From positions 128,001 to 192,000 of the forward strand of contig CAVYRJ010000009.1 of assembly GCA_963770935.1 (NCBI GenBank): 64,000 nt of DNA, read 5' to 3'. Position numbers and translations under genes: made by a program. This DNA is from Candidatus Bathyarchaeota archaeon (GTDB lineage: Archaea > Thermoproteota > Bathyarchaeia > Bathyarchaeales > Bathycorpusculaceae). The notes under the pieces were generated by a model. The model made no database searches and was not told where the DNA came from. It saw only the letters and a program-made list of their open reading frames with translations. This document shows positions 1 to 10,987 of this stretch, piece after piece (positions within the stretch are counted from its first letter, which is position 1; every line of letters starts with the position of its first letter).

Positions 1-2
1 AA

Positions 3-641
3 GAAACCAAACCCACAATCATCAACCCAATCGGCGTCGTCGCTCAAGAACTTATCCAGAAATGGTTCTATGACTTACGCATCATAGTTTCAAAAGAGAA
101 AGGCAAACAGCCCGTTTGCTACGATATCTCAATGGCGCGTGCAGGTTTCAAGGATTTCCGTACAAACACTTTCCTGGGTAACTTGGTTTTTCACTCTAAA
201 CTACCCCTGAGTATTCAGGAGTTGGCGGTGAAATGCGGAAAAACCCTTGGCAAAGGCAGTGACGCTTGGATTTTCGCTTTGGATGCTATGGTGAATGTTG
301 GTGACAACAAGAATACCGATGAGGCTTTCCTGAAGAGTCAGTTGGATTTAGCTGCACAAGCATTTGGTCCTGTCCAGAAAGTTAAGGCGGATGAGTCTCG
401 CCTAACCGATTTTGAAGGGTGGACTGGAAAATTAGAAAAAGCATTCCATACATACAAGAATAGTGCCGCTTACGAAAACGTTAAGAATATAATTGAAGAG
501 AGTGTAGAAAAAAATAAGAGCGCCTTGGTGTTTCATGAGTCGAATTCTTGCCCAGAGTTCTGGGAGAACACGCGGCTCGCAACTGGACTTAACGTGGCAA
601 TTCCGCTGCTAAAGGGCGCTCAAAGCCTAATCGACCATTAA
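3..641 (+). CDS. ATP-grasp ligase, RimK/LysX/ArgX family, C-terminal part (5' truncated by window edge), with a long insertion
   Basis: Frame is open from base 3: ...VVAQELIQKWFYDLRIIV...ARAGFKDFRTNTFLG...ALDAM...FHESNSCPEF. Matches the RimK/LysX QE, D-x-R, FRTN and E-x-N-x-x-P-E-F motifs, and lies directly upstream of lysY/Z/J/K. Confidence 0.75.
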   Translation, partial: ETKPTIINPIGVVAQELIQKWFYDLRIIVSKEKGKQPVCYDISMARAGFKDFRTNTFLGNLVFHSKLPLSIQELAVKCGKTLGKGSDAWIFALDAMVNVGDNKNTDEAFLKSQLDLAAQAFGPVQKVKADESRLTDFEGWTGKLEKAFHTYKNSAAYENVKNIIEESVEKNKSALVFHESNSCPEFWENTRLATGLNVAIPLLKGAQSLIDH

Positions 642-660
642 TCAAAAAGAGAGGAAAAAA

Positions 661-1713
661 ATGCGAATTGGAATTATCGGTGGTTCAGGATATGTTGGCA
701 GTGAACTGTTAAGACTGTTGCTTATGCACCCGGAGGTAGAGGTAACGATGGTTACTTCTCGGCAAGTCGCAGGAGAATACGTCTTTAACGTTCACCCAAA
801 CCTCAGAGGTTTAACTCAGCTGAAATTTGTTCCCCAAGACATGGGGCAGCTTAAAGAAAACTGCGATTTAGTTTTTACGGCTACCCCACATGGTGGCTCA
901 GTAAACCTTGTACCCAAACTGCTTGAGACAGGCTTAAAAGTCATCGACATGAGCGCCGACTTCCGCTGCAAAAACCCAAAAGACTACGAAACTTACTATG
1001 GCTGGTCTCATGCTCACCCGGAAATGCTTAAGGAAGCCGCATACGGTTTGCCTGAATTGCATCGGGAAGAAATCAAAAAAGCCAAACTTGTCGCTTGCCC
1101 CGGCTGCATGGCAACATCAGCAATTCTTGGTTTAGCGCCGATAGTAAAAGCTGGATTAGTAGATAACAGCAAAATCGTAGTCGACCTCAAAGTTGGGTCT
1201 TCAGGCGGCGGCAGCAAACCAAACCTTGCCTCTCATCACCCAGAACGCTTCAGTGGAGTGCGCCCTTACCAAGTTTGCGGACACCGACATATCGCTGAAG
1301 TCGAACAAGAACTAAATGCCCTTACAAACGAACCAGTCAAAATCTCCTTTACACCACATGCAGTCAACATGGTTCGTGGTATCTTGGCAACAATCCATGC
1401 TTTCCCCAAACAACCCATCGCCAGCAAGGACCTCTGGAAAGCCCTCCGCGGCATGTATGGTACAGAACCTTTCGTTCGCTTAGTGAAGTACCAGAAGGGA
1501 CCCTACCAACTGCCCGACCCCAAAATTGTCATGGGCACAAACTTCTGCGATGTGGGCTTTGAAATTGATGAGCACGCTAACCGACTTATCATGTTCTCAG
1601 CTATTGATAACATGACCAAAGGAGCTGCAGGACAGGGTGTGCAATGCCTAAACCTGCTTATGGGTATTGACGAAACTACAGGCCTTAAGAGCACTGGGTT
1701 CCATCCGGCGTGA
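661..1713 (+). CDS. lysY: [LysW]-aminoadipyl/glutamyl-phosphate reductase (ArgC/LysY family)
   Basis: GGSGYVG Rossmann motif, DMSADFR, ACPGCMAT catalytic Cys, DNMTKGAAGQ; operon context. Confidence 0.92.
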   Translation: MRIGIIGGSGYVGSELLRLLLMHPEVEVTMVTSRQVAGEYVFNVHPNLRGLTQLKFVPQDMGQLKENCDLVFTATPHGGSVNLVPKLLETGLKVIDMSADFRCKNPKDYETYYGWSHAHPEMLKEAAYGLPELHREEIKKAKLVACPGCMATSAILGLAPIVKAGLVDNSKIVVDLKVGSSGGGSKPNLASHHPERFSGVRPYQVCGHRHIAEVEQELNALTNEPVKISFTPHAVNMVRGILATIHAFPKQPIASKDLWKALRGMYGTEPFVRLVKYQKGPYQLPDPKIVMGTNFCDVGFEIDEHANRLIMFSAIDNMTKGAAGQGVQCLNLLMGIDETTGLKSTGFHPA

Positions 1714-1719
1714 TCTGCC

Positions 1720-2530
1720 ATGTTACTTGTCATTAAGATGGGTGGAAGCATCCTAAAAGAAGGCGCCTCAAACGAACTAGTATGTGACCTAAAAGAAGTC
1801 GCCAAAACAAATAAAATAGTTCTTGTCCACGGTGGAGGCGTTGAAGTGACCGAAATAGCTTCAAAATTGGGCAAAGAACAAAAATTCATAATCTCACCAG
1901 AAGGCTTTCGCAGCCGCTACACCGACAAGGAAACCATTGAAATCTACACGATGGTTATGGCGGGCAAAATCAACAAGCAAATTGTACTGGCGCTCCAAAG
2001 CCAAGGAATCCAAGCTGTCGGCTTAAGTGGACTTGATGCGTCGATTCTGCAGGCTGAACGCAAAACCAGACTCATTGCTGTTGATGAGCGGGGCAGAAAA
2101 AAAGTTATCGACGGCGGCTACACAGGCAAAATTACTCATGTTAAAACCGAGCTTCTGAACTTGTTGCTTGAGAGACGGGTACGTTCCAATCGTTACCCCG
2201 ATTGCGTTAAGCCAAGACAGTGAGCCCTTAAACGTAGATGGCGACCGAACGGCAGCTATAATCGCAGGCGCCCTAAAAGCCGACAAACTTATCCTACTCA
2301 CAGACGTTGAAGGCTTAATGCTCAAGGGCGAACGTGTCCCAAAAATTGCAGCAACAGAAGTAAAAGAAATCCTCTCCAAAATCGGCGGAGGCATGAGCAC
2401 CAAAGTCCACGCTGGACTGGAAGCGTTAAACCAAGGCGTCAAAGAAGTCCTCGTAACATCGGGAACAGTTAAGCAACCCATTACTTCAGTTTTAAACCAT
2501 CAGGTTGGCACAGTGATAACCAGTGAATGA
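1720..2530 (+). CDS. lysZ: [LysW]-aminoadipate/glutamate kinase (ArgB/LysZ family); +1 frameshift near 2170
   Basis: VIKMGGS, VHGGG and SRYTD in the first frame; LNVDGDR, LTDVEG and GGGMSTK in the +1 frame. The two ORFs join into one ~270-aa kinase. Confidence 0.9.
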
Positions 2531-3734
2531 AAAAGAAATAATAGACATTGAAACCCGCTACATGGCTAATGTTTTCTCCAAAAAGCCAATTGTCCTCACA
2601 AAGGGCAAAGGTGCGCTTTTATGGGATATTAATGGCAGAGAATACGTGGATTGCGCAACCAGCTATGGCGTGGCTTTGCTGGGGCATTGTCACCCGAAAG
2701 TTGTGGCGGCAGTAAAGGCTCAAGCAGAACAGCTGATTACTTGCCATAGTTGCTACTATAATGATAAACGAGCTGAATTTATAGAAAAATTAGTTAAGAT
2801 AACTCCCAAAGGTTTAGACAAAGCGTTCCTCTCAAACAGTGGTGCCGAATCCGTTGAATGCGCCATAAAACTCGCACGCAAATACACGGGCAAAACAGAA
2901 ATAATCGCGCTAATGGGCGCGTTCCACGGCAAAACCATGGGCGCCTTGTCGGCAACATGGGACAAAAAATACCGCGAACCCTTCATGCCGCTTATTCCTG
3001 ATGTCAAGCATGTTGCCCCAGATAATGCTGACAAAATCCGTGAAGTAATAACCGATAAAACTGCCGCCGTCCTCATGGAGCCGATTCGCGGCGAAGGTGG
3101 AGTTCGCGTTCCACCAGAGGGTTACTTGCAGGCGGTTCGAGAAATCTGCGACGAAAAGAACGTTCTTTTAATCTTTGATGAAGTACAAACGAGTTTTGGT
3201 CGCACGGGCAAACTGTTCGGTTGCCAAAACTGGAACGTAACCCCTGACGTTATGTGTTTAGCCAAGCCCTTCGCAGGAGGCTTACCAATAGGCATTACAA
3301 TCGCTAAAGAAAACATCATGTCATCACTCAAAGTTGGTGAGCACTCAACCACATTCAGCGGAAGCCCACTGGTCTGTGCAGCAGGATGCGCCGCCATAGA
3401 CGCACTCATAGAAGAAAAACTGACGGACAAAGCCGCATCCAACGGCAAATACTTCAAGTCGCAACTGGAAAACTTGCAAGCCAAACACAAAATTATCAAG
3501 GAAGTCCGCGGCTTAGGTTTAATGCTTGGTATGGAACTACGCTACGACGTTTATAATGTAATCCTAAAGACGCTAAGCAAAGGCGTTCTGGTGCTGGATG
3601 CAGGCAGAACCGTGGTTCGTTTGCTTCCGCCGCTCGTAATCGAGAAAGCACAAATCGACAAAGCCATCTCAGTTCTAGATACAGTTTTGGGAGAAGAGGA
3701 AAATGAGCGAACAAGCAGTACGGTTCCTAACTAA
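2523..3734 (+). CDS. lysJ: [LysW]-semialdehyde aminotransferase, class III PLP (ArgD/LysJ)
   Basis: SNSGAESVE, FHGKT, EPIRGEGG, FDEVQTSFGRTG, PDVMCLAK. Confidence 0.92.
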   Translation: MNEKEIIDIETRYMANVFSKKPIVLTKGKGALLWDINGREYVDCATSYGVALLGHCHPKVVAAVKAQAEQLITCHSCYYNDKRAEFIEKLVKITPKGLDKAFLSNSGAESVECAIKLARKYTGKTEIIALMGAFHGKTMGALSATWDKKYREPFMPLIPDVKHVAPDNADKIREVITDKTAAVLMEPIRGEGGVRVPPEGYLQAVREICDEKNVLLIFDEVQTSFGRTGKLFGCQNWNVTPDVMCLAKPFAGGLPIGITIAKENIMSSLKVGEHSTTFSGSPLVCAAGCAAIDALIEEKLTDKAASNGKYFKSQLENLQAKHKIIKEVRGLGLMLGMELRYDVYNVILKTLSKGVLVLDAGRTVVRLLPPLVIEKAQIDKAISVLDTVLGEEENERTSSTVPN

Positions 3735-4836
3735 CCTACTTGGCATTTATAGCCCATCAGGAAAAGAAGAGGACGCAGCCAACTTCTTGGACCTTGAAAT
3801 GAATAAGATGGGTTTTGAAGTTGGAAAAGACGACATCGGCAATGTCATTGGCGTCGTCGGCGAAGGCGAACCCGTTATTCTCTTGTGTGGACACATGGAT
3901 ACTGTAGCAGGGCACCTGCCACTTCGCATAGAAGAAGGCAAAATCTACGCTCGAGGTGCAGTGGATGCGAAGGGTCCGCTTGCAGCAATGATTATGGCTG
4001 CCCTTGCCGCCTCCAAAGAGACTGGGTTTAAAGGCAAAATCTTGATTGCCGCCGTTGTAGAAGAAGAAGCTACTAGCCGAGGTGTCAAACACCTGATCAC
4101 TCAGGGAATCACAGCTGACTATGCCATATTTGGCGAACCCAGCGGCGTCGAAAACGTAACAGTCGGATACAAAGGACAAATCCAACTTAAAATCATCCTC
4201 AAAACTGAGACGGGGCATGCTTCAACGCCTTGGCTCTATGACAACTCTTTGGAGAAAGCCATTGAGCTTTGGAAACAAATCAAAAATGCATCTTCCTATC
4301 CCTCGCTGGATCCCTCAGCAAGCCCATACAACGCTGTCACTGCCTGCTTAGTGAAGCTTGTCGGCGGAAGAGCCACCTCAGTTGTTCCCTTCGAGGCAGA
4401 AATGAACCTAGATGTCCGGGTACCCATTCAATTCTCCACGTCCCAGGTTTTTGAGCAGATACAGAAGATAATAACCAAGTACCAAGCTGCCAACCCAAAG
4501 GTCTCCGTGAAGTCAACTGTTTTGGACACGGTTGAGCCCTTTGAGGTAAACAAGGCATCTCCGCTGGTTCATGTTTTGGCTTCGTCTGTCCGCAAAGTGC
4601 TAAACAAGCCCGCAACGCTTCTGCATAAAACAGGAACTGGCGACATGAACATTTTGGGAAAAGCCATGAACCTGCCCATAGTCACCTATGGACCAGGAGA
4701 CTCACACCTAGACCACACCTTAGATGAGCACATTGAAGTAAGCGAATACCTGGATTCAATTGCAGTTTACAAGGAGACACTGCTGCGTCTGGGTGAGTTG
4801 CATAACAACAAGAATGATGCTCAGGGCGCGGTCTAA
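3703..4836 (+). CDS. lysK: [LysW]-lysine/ornithine hydrolase, M20 family
   Basis: GHMDTV, RGAVDAKGP, VEEE, GEPSG, TGDMN, YGPGDSHLDHT. Confidence 0.9.
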   Translation: MSEQAVRFLTNLLGIYSPSGKEEDAANFLDLEMNKMGFEVGKDDIGNVIGVVGEGEPVILLCGHMDTVAGHLPLRIEEGKIYARGAVDAKGPLAAMIMAALAASKETGFKGKILIAAVVEEEATSRGVKHLITQGITADYAIFGEPSGVENVTVGYKGQIQLKIILKTETGHASTPWLYDNSLEKAIELWKQIKNASSYPSLDPSASPYNAVTACLVKLVGGRATSVVPFEAEMNLDVRVPIQFSTSQVFEQIQKIITKYQAANPKVSVKSTVLDTVEPFEVNKASPLVHVLASSVRKVLNKPATLLHKTGTGDMNILGKAMNLPIVTYGPGDSHLDHTLDEHIEVSEYLDSIAVYKETLLRLGELHNNKNDAQGAV

Positions 4837-4947
4837 ACATCTAACAACAATTAACTAAAAAGAAAAGAAAAAGACTAAACTGAGTAGTTGTAAATCTCTT
4901 GTAGAAACTGAGTTAGGTTATCAATTAGTTCTTCTCTAATTCTTAAT

Positions 4948-4966
4948 AAAAACAAAAAAGGGGAAA
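4948..4966 (-). terminator. Putative archaeal U-rich terminator of the beta-propeller gene
   Basis: Minus-strand TTTCCCCTTTTTTGTTTTT about 25 nt after the stop. Similar tracts follow the genes ending at 17194 and 26485. Confidence 0.45.
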
Positions 4967-4989
4967 GGTGATTGTTTGCTGTGTTGTTT

Positions 4990-7828
4990 TTATGGTCGTT
5001 TTCTGAGCACTAGGATTATTACGACGCCTATTATGGCCATGAATACGAACAAGCCGGCGATTGCGGGAACAAAGTATGCGTCAGCGACAGATTGTACCTG
5101 AGGTGTTGGTGCAGGAGTGCTAGCTGGTGCTTCTCCTACTGCCATGTAGGTTGTTGCTGTCGATGTGCCGTAGGATTTGGATCCGTCAAAGGTTGCGATA
5201 ATTTGATATGTGCCTGGAATTTCTGGTGTGAAGAGAAGTCCATAGTTGCCATTTATGTCTGATGTAGTGGTTCCGATGGGTATGTAGTTGCCGTTGGGGT
5301 CAATAGTGGCTAAGTTTACTGGAACACCTTTTGCGTCTGCTGGGTATATTTGTTGCATGAACTTGTATTCCATCCATCTGCTCATGTCTTCATCGGATAT
5401 TGCAGGGGTGCCTTTGAGGGTGAAGTCGATTTTATCATTGGCGGTTCGCCTGCCAGTCGGGGTGTCGTCGGTGACTGTCCCAGTGAGCATTACACTGGAT
5501 CCTAGTGTTGCAAGAGTCTGTGGTGCAGAGACTGTAGTGGCGCTTGAGCCTTTGCCGTAACAGTATATCATGTTATCCATGCTGTTGCTACATATTAGGC
5601 GGCCGTCTGCGACAGCTACACCGCCACCGAAGTCCAAGATGCTCCATATTTCTGTTCCGTCTGTGGCGTTGATGCAGCGTAAGTTTGGACCACGGATCAA
5701 TGGAATAGTGTACGAGTGCTCCCACGAGGTTGTGTAAATCTTATCGTCACTGACAGCACTTACGGTGATTGGGTAATTGCCGTAGGGTGATTCAGAGCCA
5801 ATGCCTTTAGCGTCGAAAGTCCATAATTTATCTCCAGTCTTTATGTCAAATGCGTTCATTTCTCCAGCATAGCCACCGTAGATTATGAGTTTTCCATCTA
5901 TAACGAGGGGGCTCTGGCCATAGTAATTGTATTGTGGTAGAGCATCAGGTTCGGTTTCCCATAACTGCTGACCTGTATACAAATCGAAGACCCAGAACTT
6001 CAGTTGCTTGACTTCTGAGAATACCATTACTCCGTCTTCTGGATAGACTCCGTTTAAAGTAAATCCGCCTGTGAACATTGCTGCTGCTGTAACGTTTTTA
6101 TCTACGTCCAAGAACGGTGGTGTAAAGGTGGTTTTCCAAAGTTGCGTGCCTTTATTTTCTGGTTTTAGACTGATACCTATCATCCATCCTTGTACTATTC
6201 CTGTTTTGTCGTTTCGTCCTTGAGTTCCAACGATCATAACGTCATCTTGGCGAATAGCGCGAATTGTGCCAGTTTCATTGAGAATAGAGTTGGATGGGCC
6301 AACTATGTTGGGTATTGAGAAGTTTTGAGAGTAGAACACTTCTCCATTATGTACGATGTCCCAATCCATAGTCATGGGGTTAAAGAAGTCTCCGGATCCA
6401 AAGTAGGGGTTTTCTGCTCCGAAATCGCCGCCCGCAGGTCTCCACTGCCAATAGCCTGTACCAAGTTGGCTAGCAACCATGGTTCCTGCTGAGGAGTTCC
6501 ATACTGTCAGATAGTAGTTAGGGTTTGCAGTAGTTCCTTTGTTGACCATGTTATAGTAAAGTATACTTCCGTCTTTACCATAGACCTGTGTTCCGGCTGC
6601 GGATACGTTAGCTATGTAGCAAATCGTATTTTGCGTCTTTGCATCCATCATCTTCCAAAGAGTATTGGTAACCAGTGGTGTTGTTGTCCTGTTCAATTTG
6701 TATGGGTTTCCTGTTTTGATTACACTTAGGTTTGCAGGTTGGGTTACTCGAGCTACTGTGACAACTTGTGGTAGTTGGATTGGTGTGCCGCTTACGCCGA
6801 AAAAGGATGACGCTAACACCAGTATCCCATAGGTATTCGAATGTTCCGTGTTGGTTGGGTGACTCGTATTCATAGACTGAGCCAAAAGCAGGTCTTGATG
6901 CATTCCAGTCAAGGAATAGTGTTTCTCCTGTATAGAGATCAATTATTTCCCAGCCTTTGTTGCCATGTGTAGTGTAGCGTGGTGACCAGTGAATTTTGCC
7001 GTCAAGCACTATTGTTGGACTAAACTCGACACCTTGGTAGTGCGCTGTGTGGCCTGCTGCTTCGCCGAACCTTTCATCTGTGACGCCTCCAATGAAGAAG
7101 GGCTTTGACCAGAGTATGTGAGCGCTCTCAGGTGCTGAGCCCCAGGCATAGGTGCCGATGTTGCCGCCTGAACTGCCTAAAGGCCATACGTTCGCGGCAC
7201 CTCCAAGCCAGTGACCAGCAAGCACATACCATTCTCTGGATGCACCGCTTATTGGGCGAGACCAGTATCCGGTTGGAAGAGGCGACTCAATCCATGGTTG
7301 TGTTGTTCCTTGGTAAACCTCGAATGTGTCTATTGGGCTAGTATCGGCGGTATAGATATAATGGTCCCCTGCTGTGTAAAAGACTCCAGCTGATGAAACC
7401 GTTACTTTGAGTTCTTTATCGGTACGCGGGAAGATAGCTTGAATTCTATATGTGCCGACTTTGAGAGGAGTATAGGTTATGTAGTTGGCGCCGACTGGAT
7501 CACTATAGGGCATATCAAGGATTTCTGTCTCATTGTCAGGGTCCCAGACTTGTATTTGCATACCATACCAACCGGCTCTGCCATTTGGTGAAGAAACGAC
7601 ACCGGATGTTTCACCTGTCTCTGGGGGCATATCTGCAGTCCAAGCGACTAGCAACACCATTTCGCCAACACCTACACCGCGGGGTCCAGCGCCATCAGCA
7701 ACGTAAACGTAAGAATAGAAGTTCCTGGTAGCTGCGCTTGCGCTAGGTAAAGTAACAATTGGAAAAGCAAAAGTCAACATTAAAAACAACGCAATCAAAG
7801 TTATAGTTTTTTTCTTTAAGAATATCAT
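4990..7828 (-). CDS. Secreted, membrane-anchored PQQ-like beta-propeller surface protein (~945 aa); +1 frameshift near 6815
   Basis: Signal peptide ending ...LPSASA, repeated D-x-x-TG-x-x-LW blades, C-terminal beta-sandwich, TM helix and basic tail LRKRP. The two ORFs join with one extra base; paralog at 26485-29014. Confidence 0.85.
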
Positions 7829-7913
7829 TTTTTATCTTTCCTTTTTTTCAGTGGTAACTTGTTTGGTGATCTCACCTAATAAGAAAGCGTCATAAGTCCA
7901 ATGAACAACAGCC

Positions 7914-7935
7914 TGTCGCACAATACTAGACGACA
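7914..7935. promoter_or_regulatory. Inverted repeat TGTCG-N12-CGACA in the divergent promoter region; candidate TrmB-type operator
   Basis: Seen directly, just before the TrmB-family start. A second inverted repeat GGTGA-TC-TCACC lies at 7865-7876. Confidence 0.35.
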
Positions 7936-7943
7936 AATAGAAA

Positions 7944-8801
7944 ATGATAAATACACAATCTCACAAATCGAAGCCCTCGATAAGCATGAAAGAATTAAGT
8001 TACGAAGAAGACGCCAAAACTTTGTCAGGATTGGGGATTACTATCTCCCAAGGAAAGGTGTATCTTGCTCTTCTTCGGTTAAAAACGGCTTCTAGAGTAC
8101 ACACAATAGCCAAGTTTACGGACATACCAAGACAAGATGTATACCGACTTTTAGATGAACTCATTCATCTCGGAATAGTTCATAAAACGCTCGTCAAGCC
8201 TGCAACTTTCAAGGCTACTCCTCCAACAGAGGCTGTTAGCATTCTCATAAGAAGAAAGAAGGGAGAGTTCTCCAGGATGGAAAGAGAAGCAAACAAATTC
8301 GTCCAAAGAGCAACAGAACTCCTTACAGAAACACAAACAGAATTGGAGAAAGATCAATTTCTCCTAATCGCAGATAGAGAAGCTATTATTTGTAAAGCGA
8401 TCCAAATAATCGAAAATACCAAAGCAACTTTGAAAGATATTACGCCATTTAGCGAGTTTGTGCCATGGCTTGCCGTTTTGTCCGAATCTATTGAAGGAGC
8501 CCTGAAAAAGGGAGTAAAATTCCAATGGCTTACAGAAAAGCCGGCAGACGCAAATGTGTTGCCTAAATCTCTACATACTATTATTAATCACCCGAATTTT
8601 AGTCTACGATTCATTCCCAGTGCTCCAAAAGTGAAACTGGGGATTTTTGACAAAAAAGAAGTACTTTTAGGGATCTTTGCAAAATCTGGTTTTGCTCTCT
8701 CGCCTTGTTTGTGGTCAAATAATCCTTCTTTGGTGACAATAGCAGAGAGCCACTTTGAAACTTGGTGGAAAAAAGGAATTGACATAAAGATTGAAGTTTG
8801 A
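7944..8801 (+). CDS. TrmB-family transcriptional regulator
   Basis: LGIT..QGKVYLALL...IAKFTDIPRQDVYRLLDEL wHTH; C-terminal effector domain with IFDKKEV and WSNNPSLV...FETWW. Confidence 0.88.
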   Translation: MINTQSHKSKPSISMKELSYEEDAKTLSGLGITISQGKVYLALLRLKTASRVHTIAKFTDIPRQDVYRLLDELIHLGIVHKTLVKPATFKATPPTEAVSILIRRKKGEFSRMEREANKFVQRATELLTETQTELEKDQFLLIADREAIICKAIQIIENTKATLKDITPFSEFVPWLAVLSESIEGALKKGVKFQWLTEKPADANVLPKSLHTIINHPNFSLRFIPSAPKVKLGIFDKKEVLLGIFAKSGFALSPCLWSNNPSLVTIAESHFETWWKKGIDIKIEV

Positions 8802-8899
8802 AAGACTTCAAAAAACGAAGAAATTTTTATAGAAACCAAACCAAAAAAGCCCGATTTATTTTTTGCGTGTACCATTAATTTTAAAGGGTAAATTTGGGG

Positions 8900-10144
8900 T
8901 TAAACATTTTTTCCATTCATCCACACGGCGCCCGTAGCCTCGGACAGTTCTTTTTTCAGAGCAACAAGGTCTTCCAGCCCCAATTTTTTAATATCGTTCT
9001 TTCCAACAATTCTCAGTAAATTTGCAATTTCCATATTTGAAACTTTGATGAAATTTGTAAGCTTACGAACCCCCTCGTCAACGTCTAATCGCTGGACTAA
9101 AATTGGATCGTTTGTAGTTACTCCAGTCGGGCATTGTCCTGTGTGGCAGAGTCTGTATTGCTGACAATTTATTGCTATCAAAGCAGAAGTTCCAATGGCA
9201 ACTGCATCTGCACCAAGGGCAAGACACTTTGCGAAATCCGCTGAAGTTCTCAATCCACCCCCAGCTATCAAACTAATTTTATCCCTTGCGCCAATCTTCT
9301 TCAAATGCCTGTCAGCTCTTGGCAGAGCAACGATAATGGGAACCCCAACATTCTCTCTGACAAAAAATTCAGTGGCTCCGGTTCCCCCGCCAAAGCCATC
9401 AAGTGAAATGAAATCTACACCGCTTCTCGCCAAGATTTCAATGTCATTTTCAACGTTTCCGCAACCTATCTTAGCTCCGATTGGAACTCCATTAGTTAGT
9501 TCTTTAAACAACCGTATTTTTTCTTTAAGCTCATCTTCATTTCTTATGTCTGGGTGATGTGCAGGAGAGTGTTGGTCTTCTCCTTCTTTAAGCGCCAACA
9601 ACTTTGATACTTCTTGAGGTACTTTATTTGCTGGCAATAGACTCTCCCAACCTGGATATGCGCCTTGACCAAACCTGATTTCTACCGCTGAAATTTTCTT
9701 GAGAATATCTTCAGTTGTGTTAAGCCTCACGGTTGAGTATTGTAAAATGAGAGTTTTTGATGCAATATCTAGCTCTTCTGGAAGGATAATATCTTCCCCC
9801 GAGTTTATTCCAACATCTAAGCTTGATGCAACCTTTGCCAGAACTAACCTGACATTTCTAGATACAGCTCCATAGCTCATCCCGCTGAACAATATTGGAG
9901 AAGAGACTTTCAGAGGTTTTTTTGCTTGTGGTCCAATAACAGTCTTTATGTTTACTTCTTCGTTGGTATTAAGAGGAATTTTAGAGACTTGAGCGGGCAC
10001 AAAATGAAAATCGTCAAGAGAAAATGGCATTTTTTTAAGGGACCCCATAGAACCCAGCATGCTTACTCCCTTTTCTGCCACGTTCCTTATTTCGACCATT
10101 TTAGAGTAAAAATCTTCCCTTTCAGCTATGTCCTTTTTAATCAT
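8900..10144 (-). CDS. FMN-binding glutamate synthase family protein
   Basis: GMSYGAVS, GQGAYPG, DGFGGGTGA, GGLRT..DFAKCLALGAD, CQQYRLCHTGQCPTG (3Fe-4S motif). Confidence 0.9.
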   Translation of the reverse strand: MIKKDIAEREDFYSKMVEIRNVAEKGVSMLGSMGSLKKMPFSLDDFHFVPAQVSKIPLNTNEEVNIKTVIGPQAKKPLKVSSPILFSGMSYGAVSRNVRLVLAKVASSLDVGINSGEDIILPEELDIASKTLILQYSTVRLNTTEDILKKISAVEIRFGQGAYPGWESLLPANKVPQEVSKLLALKEGEDQHSPAHHPDIRNEDELKEKIRLFKELTNGVPIGAKIGCGNVENDIEILARSGVDFISLDGFGGGTGATEFFVRENVGVPIIVALPRADRHLKKIGARDKISLIAGGGLRTSADFAKCLALGADAVAIGTSALIAINCQQYRLCHTGQCPTGVTTNDPILVQRLDVDEGVRKLTNFIKVSNMEIANLLRIVGKNDIKKLGLEDLVALKKELSEATGAVWMNGKNV

Positions 10145-10356
10145 GGAATTTAGCCTTCACAGACTCCCTTATTTAGGTAACTATTACCATATTTCACAGC
10201 TTCTCTCTAAAAAGTTCGCGCTCTATGCGATCCTAATTATTTTAAGAAGCAATTATTTCCAAACAACATCACCAAAAAAAGATTAAGTTGAACAGCCATC
10301 CTTTTTCATTTCCAATCTACATTTATACCGCGTTTGCCAGTTTCTAATAAAGTAAG

Positions 10357-10731
10357 GTGCTTTACTTGAAAACATTCGAATTAACAATTCCCAAACAGTA
10401 TATAGACTACGTCAACAAAGAAATTAAGAAACCAAAACGGTCCAACACTGAACTCTTAGAACTCTGGTTGGAGCGAGAATTAAGCATCGAAAACGAAGGC
10501 ACATATGGAAACTTGCCGACCGACGAAAGTCACGTGACCGTGGAGGTTCTGCCAAATGGAAACTACAAAGTGACAATTTCAAACGTGTGCTTTGGCATGA
10601 TTATGTCGCATGTGCAACCGGAACCCCATGGTCACAAGATGCACAGCGAAGATATATTCCACTGTTGGCTTGACATAAAAACAAACAAACTTCACCTCGA
10701 CCAACACATCGAAGTTAAAGAAACAACCTAA
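10357..10731 (+). CDS. Hypothetical protein with a His-rich C-terminal half (true start may be TTG at 10366)
   Basis: 124-aa ORF with AAGGTG SD-like motif; no family recognised. Confidence 0.6.
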   Translation: MLYLKTFELTIPKQYIDYVNKEIKKPKRSNTELLELWLERELSIENEGTYGNLPTDESHVTVEVLPNGNYKVTISNVCFGMIMSHVQPEPHGHKMHSEDIFHCWLDIKTNKLHLDQHIEVKETT

Positions 10732-10987
10732 ACCTTGACTTTTAAAATTTAGATGTAAGCATCTATTCTAACTCAATTTCTCTGGTTATTCTCGATGGTA
10801 CAAGCTCATTGGTCCTTTGTATAACCCCAACTTGTGGGTGATAGCGCTGATTCTTCTAGGCGCACTTTCCCTACGGAACGCCAGAACCAATAGAGCCACC
10901 TATCCGCCTGAACGGAAATTACTTATTTTTTGTTTTCCTTTCTAACGCCACAGCAATAAGAACAATTGAACTCTCCTGACTTTCTTT

